64,000 nucleotides of DNA, taken from Sphaerodactylus townsendi. Its lineage: Eukaryota. Positions 23,340-36,199 of this stretch are shown one piece after another. The stretch spans positions 62,496,001-62,560,000 of the forward strand of contig NC_059433.1 of assembly GCF_021028975.2 (NCBI RefSeq). Reading direction: 5' to 3'. The notes under the pieces were generated by a model that was given only the letters and a program-made list of their open reading frames with translations, did no database searches and was not told where the DNA came from. Made by a program: the position numbers and the translations under genes. The first letter of the stretch is position 1. Each line of letters begins with the position of its first letter.

Positions 23340-26072
23340 AATATATGATATAGCATATAAAGAATTTTTCACTTGGAAGAACCAATACAACTAAAACTTG
23401 TACTCAAATGGCTACCTTTAACATATTTGTCTGATTAGAGGTTTCACCCTTCAGTTGTCTTCTATTAGGATGATTGTGAATGGTGAACCTGCAAATCAGT
23501 AGACAACTATTAATGTGAAGGAGTGAAGACTGACATTTATGTAATGGCGACAATCCAGCAAACTGCTGGTTAAATTGATTAAAATAAGTGGGACTTCAGT
23601 GTATAGTTACACTAGATGTTCTTCATTAGGATTTAACATTTGGATCCTAAATTTTAGAATTAGTTCTTGTTTCTCCTCAAGTGTGTGTCAAAAGGACATC
23701 TGCTTTATGTGTCTGCCAGCATAAGCCACTAGAGGGACACTTTTCCTGACCCAAAACTATGGTATTTTTAAAGTTTCCTTTGTCTAGGAAGTCACCAAGA
23801 TAAATTATTACATATGAAACTAGATAGGTACATATTTAGACATCAAAGCTCAACTGTCTGTACAATAAGGCATATTCTCAATTGTTTCAATTATATTTTA
23901 ATAATTTGGGAGTCTAAAAAGGTGGACTGAATTGGTCTTTCTTCCCCCTTAAACTTAAGATTTCTTGTCTCTGTTCAGTGACAGATTGTGAGTGCATCTT
24001 GTTGCTAACACCCTTTTAAGATGTTATGTGCAACCTAGCAGCATTACAGCTCCATAAATCCCACCACTTCAAAATATTTCCATGTGGGAAAACTGAAGAT
24101 GGTTCACAAAGCTGCACATTCATTTATTCGTTCATTCATTTATTAAAACATATCCCACCTTTCCGCACTGTTCAAGGAAGTTTACAATAAGAATTTAAAA
24201 ACATCAGGTAAAGCCAAAAATAAAGTCCACATCTTTTTCCTCCTTAAAAGATGCTTCCCGTTCAGACCTCAAAAGCAGGCCTTCCCATTCAGATACATGC
24301 AGGCCTTGCAGAGCATCCTGAAGATCTCAAGGGGAAGGGGGCTTCCTTCACCTCTTCCGGAAGCCTGTTGCACAGAGCTGGAGCCACAAAGTAAAAGACC
24401 CAGGCTCGGATCAATGCTAGATTAGTCACCTTAAGTGGTGAGATGGCCAACAAATGCGGCCTGATGACTATATTTGGAGCACACAGACTTATGGAAGGAG
24501 ATGGTCATTCATAAGCAGAGATTTCATTTTCATGGATCTACGGGGAAATAGGATAGTCCAGTAGTATATTGCAAGACTAGCAAAATTAATTCTAGCATTC
24601 ATAACTCACTTCATCAGACCAATTGATCTAAAGTAGTAGTTCCCAGAAAAATCTTGCCTGGAAAGCACATCCATATTAGTACTCAACAGAACCAAGGATC
24701 TGACTCTGAGAGTACATCTACAATCATGTGCTGATTCTCTTTAAGTGCTATGGCTTCCTCCAAAGCAGTTGGGAATCCCAGTTTAGTAATGAAATCTCAA
24801 GTTTCAGAGAGTTTTTATGGTGATTCTAATCTGGGGGGGGGGCAGGTGGGGAATGCATCGACTTGTGTATGTAGCTTAATGTCAGAGCTTCTGGTTCAAA
24901 TGAATTGAAGATCTGTTCCAAGATAAGAATTTAAGTGCAAGTGCAACTATTTACCTTTTCACAGATGAAAAACCCTAAACTCAGCTGTTTTTTCAGATAA
25001 AATTTTGTACTGTTCGTAACAGTAGACCTCTCCTTGAGCATTTCATTGTTCAAGTCAGCTGCCAACCAGAGCAGAAAACTAGTTCAGAACCAAAGTAATC
25101 TGGGTTCTCTAATTGTTAAGGCTCTAGTTCAGATATGCCTCTTGTATTATACCATAATCCAGAATTTCCATACTGATATTTTGTTGACGCTCGTCCAGTC
25201 AAAAACTATATTTTCTCACATAGCAGGCATATCAGCAATTGATACATGATAAACTGTGAAAAGATTTTCTTGTTTTTTAGCGACAACAAAGTTTCCATCT
25301 ACTGCCACTTGATTCTGATGATGTCTTCCTTGTAACATAAATTTACAGAGCAATCCTACAAATGTTTCCTGGGAGTAACTGCCATTGAGTAGATCTGCTT
25401 AGCATAGCTCTGAAGGAGAGTAATCTTAAGCAGGTCTACTCAGAATCCTATTCTTTAATAGTTTAATAGTTTTATTAATAATAATTAATAGTTTAATACT
25501 CCCAGGAATGTGTTCTTAGGAATACACAGTAAGGCAGTAGTCCTAGCTATTCCTACCCAGTTTCCCCAAAAATAAGACAGTGTCTTATATTAATTTTTGC
25601 TCCCAAAGATGCACTATGACTTATTTTCAGGGGATGTATTATTTTTCTGGTCTTCTGTTTGACGGGCATGCTTCCAAACAAAAACTTTGCTACGTCTTAC
25701 TTTTGGGGGATGCTTTATATTTAGCACATCAGCAAAACCTCTACAAAGTCTTATTTTTGGGGAAACAGTATTTGGAGGTAAGCCCCACTGAAATCAATTA
25801 AACCTACTCTCAAGTAAGATTGTTGTATATGCTTTTTTATATGCTTTTGATGACTACTTTCACTACTTTATGAGACGATTATATATAAATAGGATGGCTC
25901 AATTATTTCCTCTTTTGTAATTCAGTTGCTGAAAACCATAAATATAGTTTTATCTAAATGAAATTATCTATGAATAAGCTGAGTACTTTTTTTCCCTCCA
26001 GAATACAGAATAATACATTTAAGCATCCAGTAGAGATTGGAATATTCAAGAAGAAATATAGACCAGACTCTC

Positions 26073-26185
26073 AGAAATCACATGACTGAGGAGGGTTGAC
26101 GAAGCATAGCTTTGTTCCTCTTTACTAAAAGAGAAGTAACTTGCTGTAATTGTAATGTTAAAAAATGGTTTAAGGTCACGTCAAT
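26073..26185 (+). promoter_or_regulatory. LY96 proximal promoter/5'UTR with M-box, PU.1-like and CRE-like motifs
   Basis: TCACATGACT (reverse AGTCATGTGA) 26078-26087, TTCCTC near 26115, TCACGTCA near 26176. Confidence 0.45.
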
Positions 26186-26294
26186 ATGTTCCATTGTATT
26201 TGTTTTATTCTGTTGGCTTCTGGATTTATTGTGGCACAGGAAAAACATCTGCTTTGTAGCACATCTGATTTGGAAATATTATATTCTTCCTGTG
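26186..26294 (+). CDS. LY96: Lymphocyte antigen 96 (MD-2) exon 1
   Basis: MFHCICFILLASGFIVAQEKHLLCSTSDLEILYSSC G|gtaaga: signal peptide plus the first two conserved Cys; 109 bp, phase 1. Confidence 0.9.
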
Positions 26295-27152
26295 GTAAGA
26301 AAATTATCAACTTGATTTCATTTCCCATGCTGTTAAAGACCAGTAATGCGTCTCATTATTAGAAGTGCTAATACTCACATTGCTGTTGTTGCTTAAGGAA
26401 TACTGCATGTTCTAATTTGTGCTAGAGATTTTGACTTGTCTGTCTTCAAAGGGATAACAACCATTCATTCTTTGTTCCATTTATACTTTGTTGAACTTGA
26501 GATTTTTTGAACTTGGCCCAAATTAATTTAGTCTGCCTCCTGAATCGGTCATTTTAGACTGCAGGTTATAGAAGGCCCTGCATCATGCAATGTGCTAACA
26601 ATATCTTTTAGACTTCCCTTCCTTTATTTTTTATTTATGTATTAATATTGTATGCATATATCATTATAAGGCTGTTGTGGTATTGCTGATTAAAAAAGAA
26701 AACACCAAACCATCGGGGTGGAGGTGAGGGAAAGAATGGCAGTCATACTGGCAGAGGCAAGGAAAGTGTGAGAAAAGGTGTAATATGGCTGTTCCTCTGC
26801 CATTGCAAATGATTCTGCTATTTATTTACAAAATTTATACCCTGTCTTTCTGCCCTCATCTGGGCGATGGGAGCTACATGGACACAGTTGCCACAGGCCA
26901 GGAATAAAATGAACTGCCCTATTAACAGAGGTTTAATGTGTGGAAACAACATGGAGGTAAATAGCATCACGGTGTATATAACACTCCATTAAGCTAGTAT
27001 AAAAGGGACAGGACATTTTCCCCAGACAGTAAGCAGTACTTTACCTGCATAACTGTTGCCATCTGGAATTGTTTTTGTATTTCAGCATGGATCTAGGAGT
27101 GCTCAAATCTTTCCTAGAGTTTTATGACATTGTTAAATTTGTCCTCCCATAG

Positions 27153-27242
27153 GTTCTACCACTGAAACATTCTTCTTTGGGGTGGAGCCATGTTATCTTA
27201 ACGGCTTTTCAAAATGGAACGGAACTATATTCTGGATTCCAA
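27153..27242 (+). CDS. LY96: LY96 exon 2
   Basis: cccatag|...STTETFFFGVEPCYLNGFSKWNGTIFWIP A|gtatgt; 90 bp; matches MD-2 VNPC...IFYIP. Confidence 0.92.
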
Positions 27243-28730
27243 GTATGTTGTTCTTGTATTTTTCATAGCATTAGAATAGTTACTTTGCATATCTGAAGAA
27301 GGCATACTTTATGGAAATCTGCTTTACTCATCATTATTTCAATGAGTGAAATATGTACGTAGTAAAGGACTGGTACTCTCCAAACTGAATATATAACTCA
27401 ATCTATCATATTTTAGGCAACCCTTCCCAGAATCCCAGCCAGGCTCTACATATTCTTGGTGGGCTGCAAGTTTTGAAGATCTGCTGTTGTTCAGATTGTT
27501 AGTGATTCCTAGTTGTATTAGTGGGACAGTGTCAACTGAGGAAAGCCCTTGAATGGATTGAAGGCTGTCATGTTTATAACTACCTTGCAAGCATCATAAA
27601 TGTCCACCTTTTCCTTAAATAATTTGTTTATTGTGAAGGTCTGTTAACATTTGTCAGATGCCTTTTGTGAGGAAAACAACAAAATTAAGATTGGTAAACA
27701 GACTTTTTGAATTCAGCACATTCAAATTTGGTAGAAAAAGGAGTTCACTGACTTGTTAGAACAAATGCCTGCTACACTGTTCTTTCAAGGAATTTGTGGC
27801 ATATGACTGAGAAAGTCTCTGAAATGCCAGAATGTCAAGAACTGCATGCTGTATGTAGTCCCGTGAGTAGTTTTTCCAACTTCCATGGTAGACATGATTT
27901 AAAAGAAGAGAACCCATTGGAGGGGGAGGAGTGGACTGCTTAGCAAGTTTTTATATTATTCCCATTGAAAGTTGCTTTTATTCCATGCTTTTATTCCTGA
28001 GGGGAAAATGTATAACTACTCAAATCCCCTACACCCACCCCCAGTATGGGTAAAACCAGCTCGGCAATTTTGGGTGGACAAGTGATAGAAGTAAAGAGCT
28101 AAACAGCCTCTCTCTCACATTAGTTTGCCTCTTTAAATTGCTCCCCTATAGTTGCAAATTTTTTTAAGTTAGGGAAATAATTATGGCATTATGTGTAGTT
28201 CCAATGTTGGTGAGCATGTCAACATTTTATTGTTTTCCTGGATCTTCCTTATTTGCTTATGCTTCAGTGAAATGGTTATCCTAGTGTTCAGTGGTGCTTC
28301 CATCAGCAAATGTTTAATTTTATGTTTGCTGCTGAAAGAAGATGTTGGGGGATTAGTAGACTGAGAAAGCAGTCTCAGCAGGTCCCCTCTGAATTCTCTC
28401 AGGCCTATTTATTACGGATCATTCGCAGGAGTGTTATTTTTTAAAGATGGCTGCATGATTGTGTGAGGAAGAATTTGGTATAACCGGTGACTGTGTGCCT
28501 CCATTTTGCTTACATCGCTTCCTTTTTGACACCAAAGTTTTAAGTGTGAGGATGGTGGTACATAGAACAATCATTTTACTTGTCCTGTTTTAAGATGTAT
28601 TAAGTAATCCATCTAGCCTAGCATTCTACTTCATACACTGGCCAGCAAACAGAGAGGCCAAGGCCTTCACCCAATGTTGGTCCTGGTATTCAGAGGTTTG
28701 CTGACTCAGAGTATGGAGGTTCTTCTAAGT

Positions 28731-28989
28731 CAGGAGTCGGCAACCTTTACCTCCCAAAGAGCGATTTGGACCCATTTTCCACAGCCCCAAAGATCTACCA
28801 AGCCGGAGAGGCAGCTCCGCACAGAGCCGCCTCCGGTTCGCCTCCTCCACTCACCTTTCCTTCCAGAGCTGTTCTGGAGGGCTGGAGGGACACGCGCACG
28901 CTACCCTCCAACCTCCAGGCTACGCAGAGCCACAGTATAAGGCTGAAAGAGCTGCATACGGCTCCGGAGCTGCAGGTTGCAGACCCCTG
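28731..28989. mobile_element. hAT (Charlie-type) MITE in LY96 intron 2
   Basis: TIRs CAGGAGTCGGCAACCT / AGGTTGCAGACCCCTG with perfect 8-bp TSD TTCTAAGT (28723-28730, 28990-28997). Confidence 0.9.
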
Positions 28990-29458
28990 TTCTAAGTCAT
29001 GAGTCAAATTCCCTCTTAAAATTCTCATAAAAATGCGTTTGTGGCTATTGTCTTCAGTGAACTATGCCATTTCATTACTCATTCAGTAAAGTTTTTTTTT
29101 TTTGCTGATCAGAATCAACTTCTTTGGGTGCCCCAAAGTATTCTAGTATTTTAGCAAAGAAAGCTCTCTATTCACATTATCTACTTCATGCATAATTTAA
29201 GAAACCACTATCAAATGTGAAGGAAAGTGACCAGCCACTATCCAGTTGTGATAGAAAGAATAATGATGCATAATTTGATTTTTCCTAATGCTTGCTATTT
29301 TTCTGGCTATGCTGCTGCACATTACAAATATGTTTTCAATCAGATTATCATATAAAATGCATTATCAACAGACTTACCCATTTAAATGAATTGTTCTCTG
29401 AGAAAATAAAATGAAAATGGATGTAATCTTTTGAAGTATCTGCATTCTATTTTTATAG

Positions 29459-29587
29459 AGAGAGATTTAATCTTTCTCAGAGTGACAATAGCCGGATGGT
29501 ATGAAGCTAAGAAAGTCTTAGAATGGAGATATATTGCTTGCACAGGTGAAGATGATGAATATTCATATTGTGGAGCTCTGAAGGGAG
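29459..29587 (+). CDS. LY96: LY96 exon 3
   Basis: ttttatag|(K)RDLIFLRVTIAGWYEAKKVLEWRYIACTGEDDEYSYCGALKG G|gtaaga; 129 bp; matches CRGSDDDYSFCRALKGE. Confidence 0.95.
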
Positions 29588-30012
29588 GTAAGAGTGAAAT
29601 ATAAATTTTTGTTGTCATAAAATCTAAATGGAAACTATAGCCTTGCTAGGAGAAGCTATAAGCAAATCAGTGTATATGAGTAGTGTCAATCCTACATTAT
29701 GGACTGCATCCACGTGGTGAGATTTCAATGTCCTCCATGGGGCAATTAGGCTAATTTTAAAGAAATATATGGTGGACAAGGCTTGGCCAAGGGGGCATGT
29801 GGTAGCATGATTATAGATCTGTACTCAGGTAGATCACATGGCAGCCCTGATTTTGGCTTCTTGTTTTTGACCTCTGACTCCAGTTTCCCTAACCTGTGTT
29901 GGTGTGGGAGGGGAGGGGGGATTCTGAAGAAACTGATATACTTGCAACTGGGAAAGAATTACAAGATTATGATGGTAGTTTTTATATCTTAATAATAATT
30001 CCTCTTTTGCAG

Positions 30013-30065
30013 AGACTATCAACACAACTGTGACAATCAAAGGTGATAAAGGAAACTATCTAACG
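30013..30065 (+). CDS. LY96: LY96 exon 4
   Basis: cttttgcag|(E)TINTTVTIKGDKGNYLT|gtactt; 53 bp; ETVNTT motif. Confidence 0.92.
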
Positions 30066-31023
30066 GTACTTTTTCAGAGTTATATTTTCACAAATGCTGT
30101 TAGAAAAGTTGAGAATTTACTAGTTTACAACTTTTTGGGGGAGGAAACTCAAATTCTTCCATAATCAAACCCAAATGGGTGGATTCAGGCCAACAGTCTT
30201 ACTGGACTTCAGTTGATTCCATACAAGTACCTAACATCAAGCAGTTCTTGCTCTTGGAATACAAACTCAGTTTCTTAAATTTCTTAATGACTACTAAATT
30301 TTAGTTGATTTTTTAACTGCAGTTTGTCAAGTGAAAATGGGAAGCAGTGATTGAGACCTGATCATTAAGTAACTGATTTCCAGCATCACAAAGTAGCCAG
30401 AATTAGCTTCTTCTGAAGAAAATTAACAAGTTCAGTCCAATGAATGAACAAGTAAATGATAGATATTCACTGTGGCTTAAAAAAAAAAGTTCTAATAATG
30501 AAGATGTAGCCAGTCTATCACTAGGAAGTAGAACTGGCATGCTGATCAAAGACCAATCACACAAAGCTTATAGTTCTTCAATGATACATAAGCTGCCCTC
30601 TTCCTAAGGCAGTAGATCACACACAATGATAGATTACAATGCAATGTGTACTGTTATTGTATGGCTTTCTGTAGTAGATCACCAGAAGAACTGCTGTCCT
30701 GGAACCAGCCTTTTGAGAGGGTTGCAATGAAATAAACACATCCCAGTTTACATACAAACCCTAGAGCAGTGGGGCAATCTAGTAAGTATTGTGTGATCAA
30801 TGAAGCTATTGCTTGCCAATGGTCTAGGAGTCAACCTGCTCATAGAGTCAGTCTAGAGTTTGTGTCCACTCCTTGTAGCAGGTAGAGTCCTTGAAATGAT
30901 GACATTGCTGAGGGAATCCCTGTCTTGTGAATTAGCTTCAGCCTCATTGAATTCAGTAGAACTTGTTCGGTCTGTCTTAGTATATTAATTTGTCTAGTAA
31001 TTAAATCTTTTCCTTTGTTGTAG

Positions 31024-31137
31024 GGAGAATACATGGTAACTTTCAAAGGATACTCTGGCCATTCTGAAGCAGATTTGTTTGTATGTATGAATTATACCTT
31101 AATTCTTAAAAAGGAGCCTTCCTACGATTTTGTGTGA
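31024..31137 (+). CDS. LY96: LY96 exon 5 (terminal); total CDS 495 nt, 164 aa
   Basis: ttgttgtag|GEYMVTFKGYSGHSEADLFVCMNYTLILKKEPSYDFV*; last conserved Cys; AATAAA at 31253-31258. Confidence 0.9.
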   Translation, partial: GEYMVTFKGYSGHSEADLFVCMNYTLILKKEPSYDFV

Positions 31138-31627
31138 GTTTCCCTTCTAAACCATTTGTTTGTATAAGTACTGCTTTCCAACACTCCATGGAATTCTAAT
31201 GGCAGAATCAACTGCTGCCAGGTTTTCCCTTTGCTGGTGGAATTATCTGAAAAATAAAGTCTATTCTTATGTTATAAGCAAAACTAAGTTCACATGACAT
31301 CTGAGTTGAAATGTACACACACACATACACATATGATCAAAACAGAGCCATGGTAATGAATGAATTTCAACACTGTCTCTGTGCTAGCAGGAATTGGGTC
31401 CTTTCATAATTTGCTGAACAAAGCATTTTCTGTTTGTGGCAGAAAATACTGCCAGATTCTGAAATCCTATACTCTTGTTTTTCTTTGTACAACTTCCTTC
31501 CCCCACTGTCAATTCAGCAGTGTTTTTAACAATCATTTAATGCCAGTTCACATGCAGCCAAAGCATATAGGTTACATAGGCAATTGGGGTGGGGGAGGGG
31601 TTGAAGATTTTAGGGGCTCTTGGGCAA

Positions 31628-32176
31628 AAGAAGAAGAGTTGGTTTTTATACCTTCTTTTCACTATCTTTAAGGAGTTTGAAAGCTGTTTACAATTGCCTT
31701 CCCTTACAGACCCCACAACAGGCATCCCCACAACAGGAGCAGCAGTGGCGTAGTGGTTAAGAGCAGGTGCATTCCAATCTGGAGGAACCGGGTTTGATTC
31801 CCCGCTCTGCCACTTGAGCTGTGGAGGCTTATCTGGGGAATTCAAATTAGCCTGTGCACTCCAACACATGTCAGCTGGGTGACCTTGGGCTAGTCACAGC
31901 TTTTCGGAGCTCTCTCAGTCCCACCTACCTCACAGGGTGTTTGTTGTGAGGGGGAACGGGAAAGGAGATTGTAAGCTCCTTTGAGTCTCCTACAGGACAG
32001 AAAAGGGGGACATAAACTTTTCTGTTCTTCTTGTGAGGTAGGTGGGGCTGACAGAGTTCCGAAAAAACTGAGACTGGCCCAAGGTCACCCAGCTGACATC
32101 ATGTGCAGGAATGGGGAATTGAACCTGGTTTTCCAGATTAGGGTCCGCTGCTCTTAATCATTACACCATGCTGGCA
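31628..32176 (-). mobile_element. Older squamate SINE interrupted by a younger Sauria SINE
   Basis: Tail (GAA)n at 31628 and head ...CTCTTAATCATTACACCATGCTGGC at 32176 join across the insertion. Confidence 0.7.
31736..32030 (+). mobile_element. Sauria SINE, full length
   Basis: GGAGCAGCAGTGGCGTAGTGGTTAAGAGC...GGGTTTGATTCCCCGCTCTGCC...GGGTGACCTTGGGCTAGTCACAG...(TTC) tail. Confidence 0.85.
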
Positions 32177-33089
32177 GACTGCTCAGCAGCCCACTCCCCT
32201 CACCATTGTTATGTCACTCACAAGTTCTTCCCCAGATCTGTGTGTCCTTTCCCTGCCTACTCATTTCAGGGCAGGCTTGTGGGGGTCGGGAAACAGCAAT
32301 GTGTCACACCAGAAGTCTGGGCTTCAGTAGTTGCTCCACAGGCTATGTTGCTGCTAGCCCTGTATAAAATGGCCACAAGAATGAGCCCAAATGCCCAGGC
32401 ATCCCGACTGCAGACAAATTTTCAAAGTGAATTGAGGTCTATCAATGCAAGTGTATGTATCCAAAGTTTTCGCTCATAATGTTTGCATAATATATTGTAC
32501 ATTGATTGGATTGTTTATACTTAAGAGCCCTGTTGAATCAGTGGTCCATCTAGCCTTGTATGCTGCTTTGCAAAGTTGGCAAGCAGTTGCCCTGGAAGAC
32601 CAACAAAGAGGGCATGGAAGCAAAGGCCTTCCCTGATGTTACTTCCTAACAATGGTATCATAAAGTCTAATGTCTGAAAAGTGGGCTAAACACAGAAAAC
32701 ATTAAGCAAGACAACAGTTTTGAACGGTCCTACTTGCATAGAGAATTACACACCTAGGCTGTAGGTCGTGCTAAAGATTGTACACTTGGGAGGAGAATGA
32801 CTAAAACTGCATACTACGTCATGAATACACCTGGCCAATATGTGACTCTAGGATAAGAACATAAGAACATAAGAACATAAGAACAAGCCAGCTGGATCAG
32901 ACCAGAGTCCATCTAGTCCAGCTCTCTGCTACTCGCAGTGGCCCACCAGGTGCCTTTGGGAGTTCACATGTAGGATGTGAAAGCAATGACCTTCTGCGGC
33001 TGTTGCTCCCGAGCACCTGGACTGTTAAGGCATTTGCAATCTCAGATCAAAGAGGATCAAGATTGGTAGCCATAAATCGACTTCTCCTC

Positions 33090-36000
33090 CATAAATCTGT
33101 CCAAGCCCCTTTTAAAGCTATCCAGGTTAGTGGCCATCACTGCCACCTCACCTGTGGCAGCATATTCCAAACACCAATCACCTGCGTTGCGTGAAGAAGT
33201 GTTTCAGCTTTTATTAGTTCTGAATTCTTCCCCCCAGCATTTTTCAATGAATGCCCCTGGTTCTAGTATTTGTGAGAAAGAGAGAAAAATTTCTCTCTGT
33301 CAGCATTTTCTACCCCATGCATGAATTTTTTATAGACTTCAATCAGTATCCCCCCCCTCAGAGCGTCTTCCTCCCTCCAAACTAAAGAGAGTTCCCAAAG
33401 CGGCTGCAGCCTTTCCTCATAAAGGGAAGAAGGTGCTGCAGTCCCTCAATCATCCTCATTAAGCCGCCTTCTCTGCACTTTTTCTATCTCTTCCAATATC
33501 CTTTTTTTTGAGGATGTGGCGACTCAGGGAGCTGAACACACAGTACTCCAAGTCGCGGTCGCACTCCACAGCTTTATATAAAGGGCATGACAATCCTTGC
33601 GGTTTTATTTTCTCCTCCAATTCCTCTTCCTAATTATCTGGCATAAGAGTTTGCCTTTTCACAGCTGCCATACATTGAGTTTGACTTTTATTCCCATTGG
33701 AACTATCAACTAAGGCGCCCAAATCCCTTTCCTGGTCTGTGACTGATGTACCCCTGGACCCTGTAGGCGATGTTAATGTGAAGTTTTGGATTTTTTGCTT
33801 ATGGTGCATCACTTTGCATTTTGCTACGATGTTGAACTGCATTTTGCCATTTCTTAGCCCACTCACCCTAATTTATCAAGGTCCGCTTGGAGCTCGCGGT
33901 CGCAATCCTTTGTGGTTCTCACCACCCTACATAATTTGGTATCATCTGCAAACTTGGCCACCACGCTACCCACCCCTACTTCCAGGTCATCATTTATCTG
34001 GAATAGGTTAAAGAGCACTGGTCCCATTATCTTGGATCCTTGAGCAGGGACACCCACTCCCTACATCTCTCCATTGTGAGAATTTCCCATTTACACCCAC
34101 TCTTTTGCTTCCCTGTTTCTCCAACGCAGTTTTTAATCCATAGGAGGACTTCCCTCTTATTCCTTCATTGCTGAGTTTTTCTCAAGCCTTAGTCTCTGGT
34201 GAGGAACTTTGTCAAAGCCTTTTGGAAATCCAAGTAGACAATGTCCACTGGTTCCCCTTATCCCACATGCCTGTTTACATCCCTCAAAGAGACTCTAGTA
34301 AGTTTGTAAGACAGGAGTTTGCCTCTCTGCAAAGCCATGCTGACTCTTTCTCAGCAGGTCTTGCTTTTTTCTACATGTTTTATAATTTTATCTTTAATGA
34401 CAGATTCTACCTAATTCTACCAGGAACAGATGTCAAACTGACTGGCCTGTAATTTCCAGGGTCCCCCCTAGATCCTTTCTTAAAGATTGGTGTGACATTG
34501 GCCATCTTCCAGTCTTCAGGGATGGAGCCTGATTTCAAGGATAAGTTGCATATTAAAGTGAGAAGATCAGCAATTTCATACTTGAGCTCTTTAAGAACTC
34601 TTGGATGAATGCAATCTGGGCCAATAGGGGATTTGGTAACATTTAGTTTATCAATGGCTGCCAGAACTTCTTCTCTTGTCTCACCACTATCTTTGTTAGT
34701 TCCTCCTGGATTAGCCTCCTAAGAAGCTTGGTTCAGGTGCAGGAATTTTCTCTCACCTCCTCTTGGGTGAAGACAGATGCAAAGAATTCATTCAGCTTTT
34801 CTGCAATCTCCTGTCATCTTTAGCTTACACCCTTTGTTCCTTTGTCATCTAACTTGGGCCTACCGCTTCCCTTGCTGGCTTCCTGCTTTTGATGTACTTG
34901 AAGAACTGTTTGTTGCTGGTTTTGATGTTCACAGCCATTAGCGTGTTCCTCATAATCCTTTTTTTGCCTCTCCCTTACAGCTAACTTCTGCTTCTCTTTT
35001 GCCACCATTTGTGTTCTCTCTGGTATTCTTTTTTTATCAGTTAAGTTGGACTTCCATTTTCTAAAAGACATTACCTTTTTTTTCCTAATAATTTCCTCAA
35101 AGAGTCCCTTGTTACACCATGGTGGCTTTCTTTTTTGGACTGGGCGCTGCCTTTCCTAACCTGCGTGAACACATTTCCAGCTGAGAGCTTTTGTGACTGT
35201 GTTTTTTAAATAACCTCCAAGCATCTTGGACATTTTTGACTCTCTTGATTTTCCCTTTCAGCTTCCTGCGCACTATCCTCCTCATCTTTGAGAAATTTCC
35301 CTTTCTGAAGGCAAATGTAACTACATTAGTAGTTGTCACTTGTTGATGCATGCAGAGATACTGAATCTGACAGCATTGTGGTCGCTGTTCCCTATCGGCT
35401 CAACAACACTGACTTCCCGCACCAGGTCCTGGGTCCCACATAGAATTAGATCTAGGATCACATCTCCCCTGGGTGGTTCTACAACCATCTGCTCTAAGGC
35501 ACAGTCATTTAGCATATCCAGGAAAGTTCTCTCCTTACTATGAGCTGAACATGCATTTTTCCAGTTTTATATGGGGATAGTTAAAATCGCCCATTACCAC
35601 GACATTTTTGCTTTTGTTGGCCTCTCTAATTTCTTTTTCCATCACAGAATCCTCTTGTGCGCTTTGGTCAGGGGACGATAATATATTCCTAATGTTAAAC
35701 TATGCTTCACCCTGGTATTGATATCCACAGTGCTTCTGTAGGGGAATCAGCTCCTGCATTGTCTATTTTATGTGACATATGCTCTCTTTGATGTAGAGGG
35801 CCACCCCAATACGCCCTGTCCTATCCTTCCTGTAGAGCCTGTAACCTGGGATAACAGCATCCCACTGGTTCTCCTCATTCCACCATGTCTCTGTGATACC
35901 CACTATATCAATGTCCTCCTTCAAAACTCTGTACTCCAGCTCCCCCCATTTTAGGGTCGTAAGATGCTTTTCTACTATTAGCATAGAGACACTTGTATAC

Positions 36001-36100
36001 TCTGTCTCTGTCCCTAACCTGGGATTTATGTGTTTTGCCCTCTAGCCTTTTGTAGACACCTTACTTCACTTATCACATTGTTAAAGTGCTCTTCACTTGT
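33090..36100 (-). pseudogene. CR1 ORF2 (endonuclease-reverse transcriptase), many frameshifts; boundaries approximate
   Basis: Fragments in ORF track 33630-33866, 33863-34057, 35112-35351, 35763-35984; YKCLYAN start of the APE domain near 36000. Confidence 0.85.
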
Positions 36101-36199
36101 ATGTGGTTGATTTAAAAAAAACCTCCTTCTCTGTCTGCATCCCCATGGACTTCTGTATTCGGAACCGAAGTCACCTCAGCTCCTGTCGGCTTTCCCCCC

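Noticed and set aside
32853-32885. Short direct-repeat array (ATAAGAAC)n, and other repeats, as possible CRISPR or satellite
   Set aside because: It is the octamer 3' tail of the CR1 element; the sequence is eukaryotic and has no repeat-spacer structure
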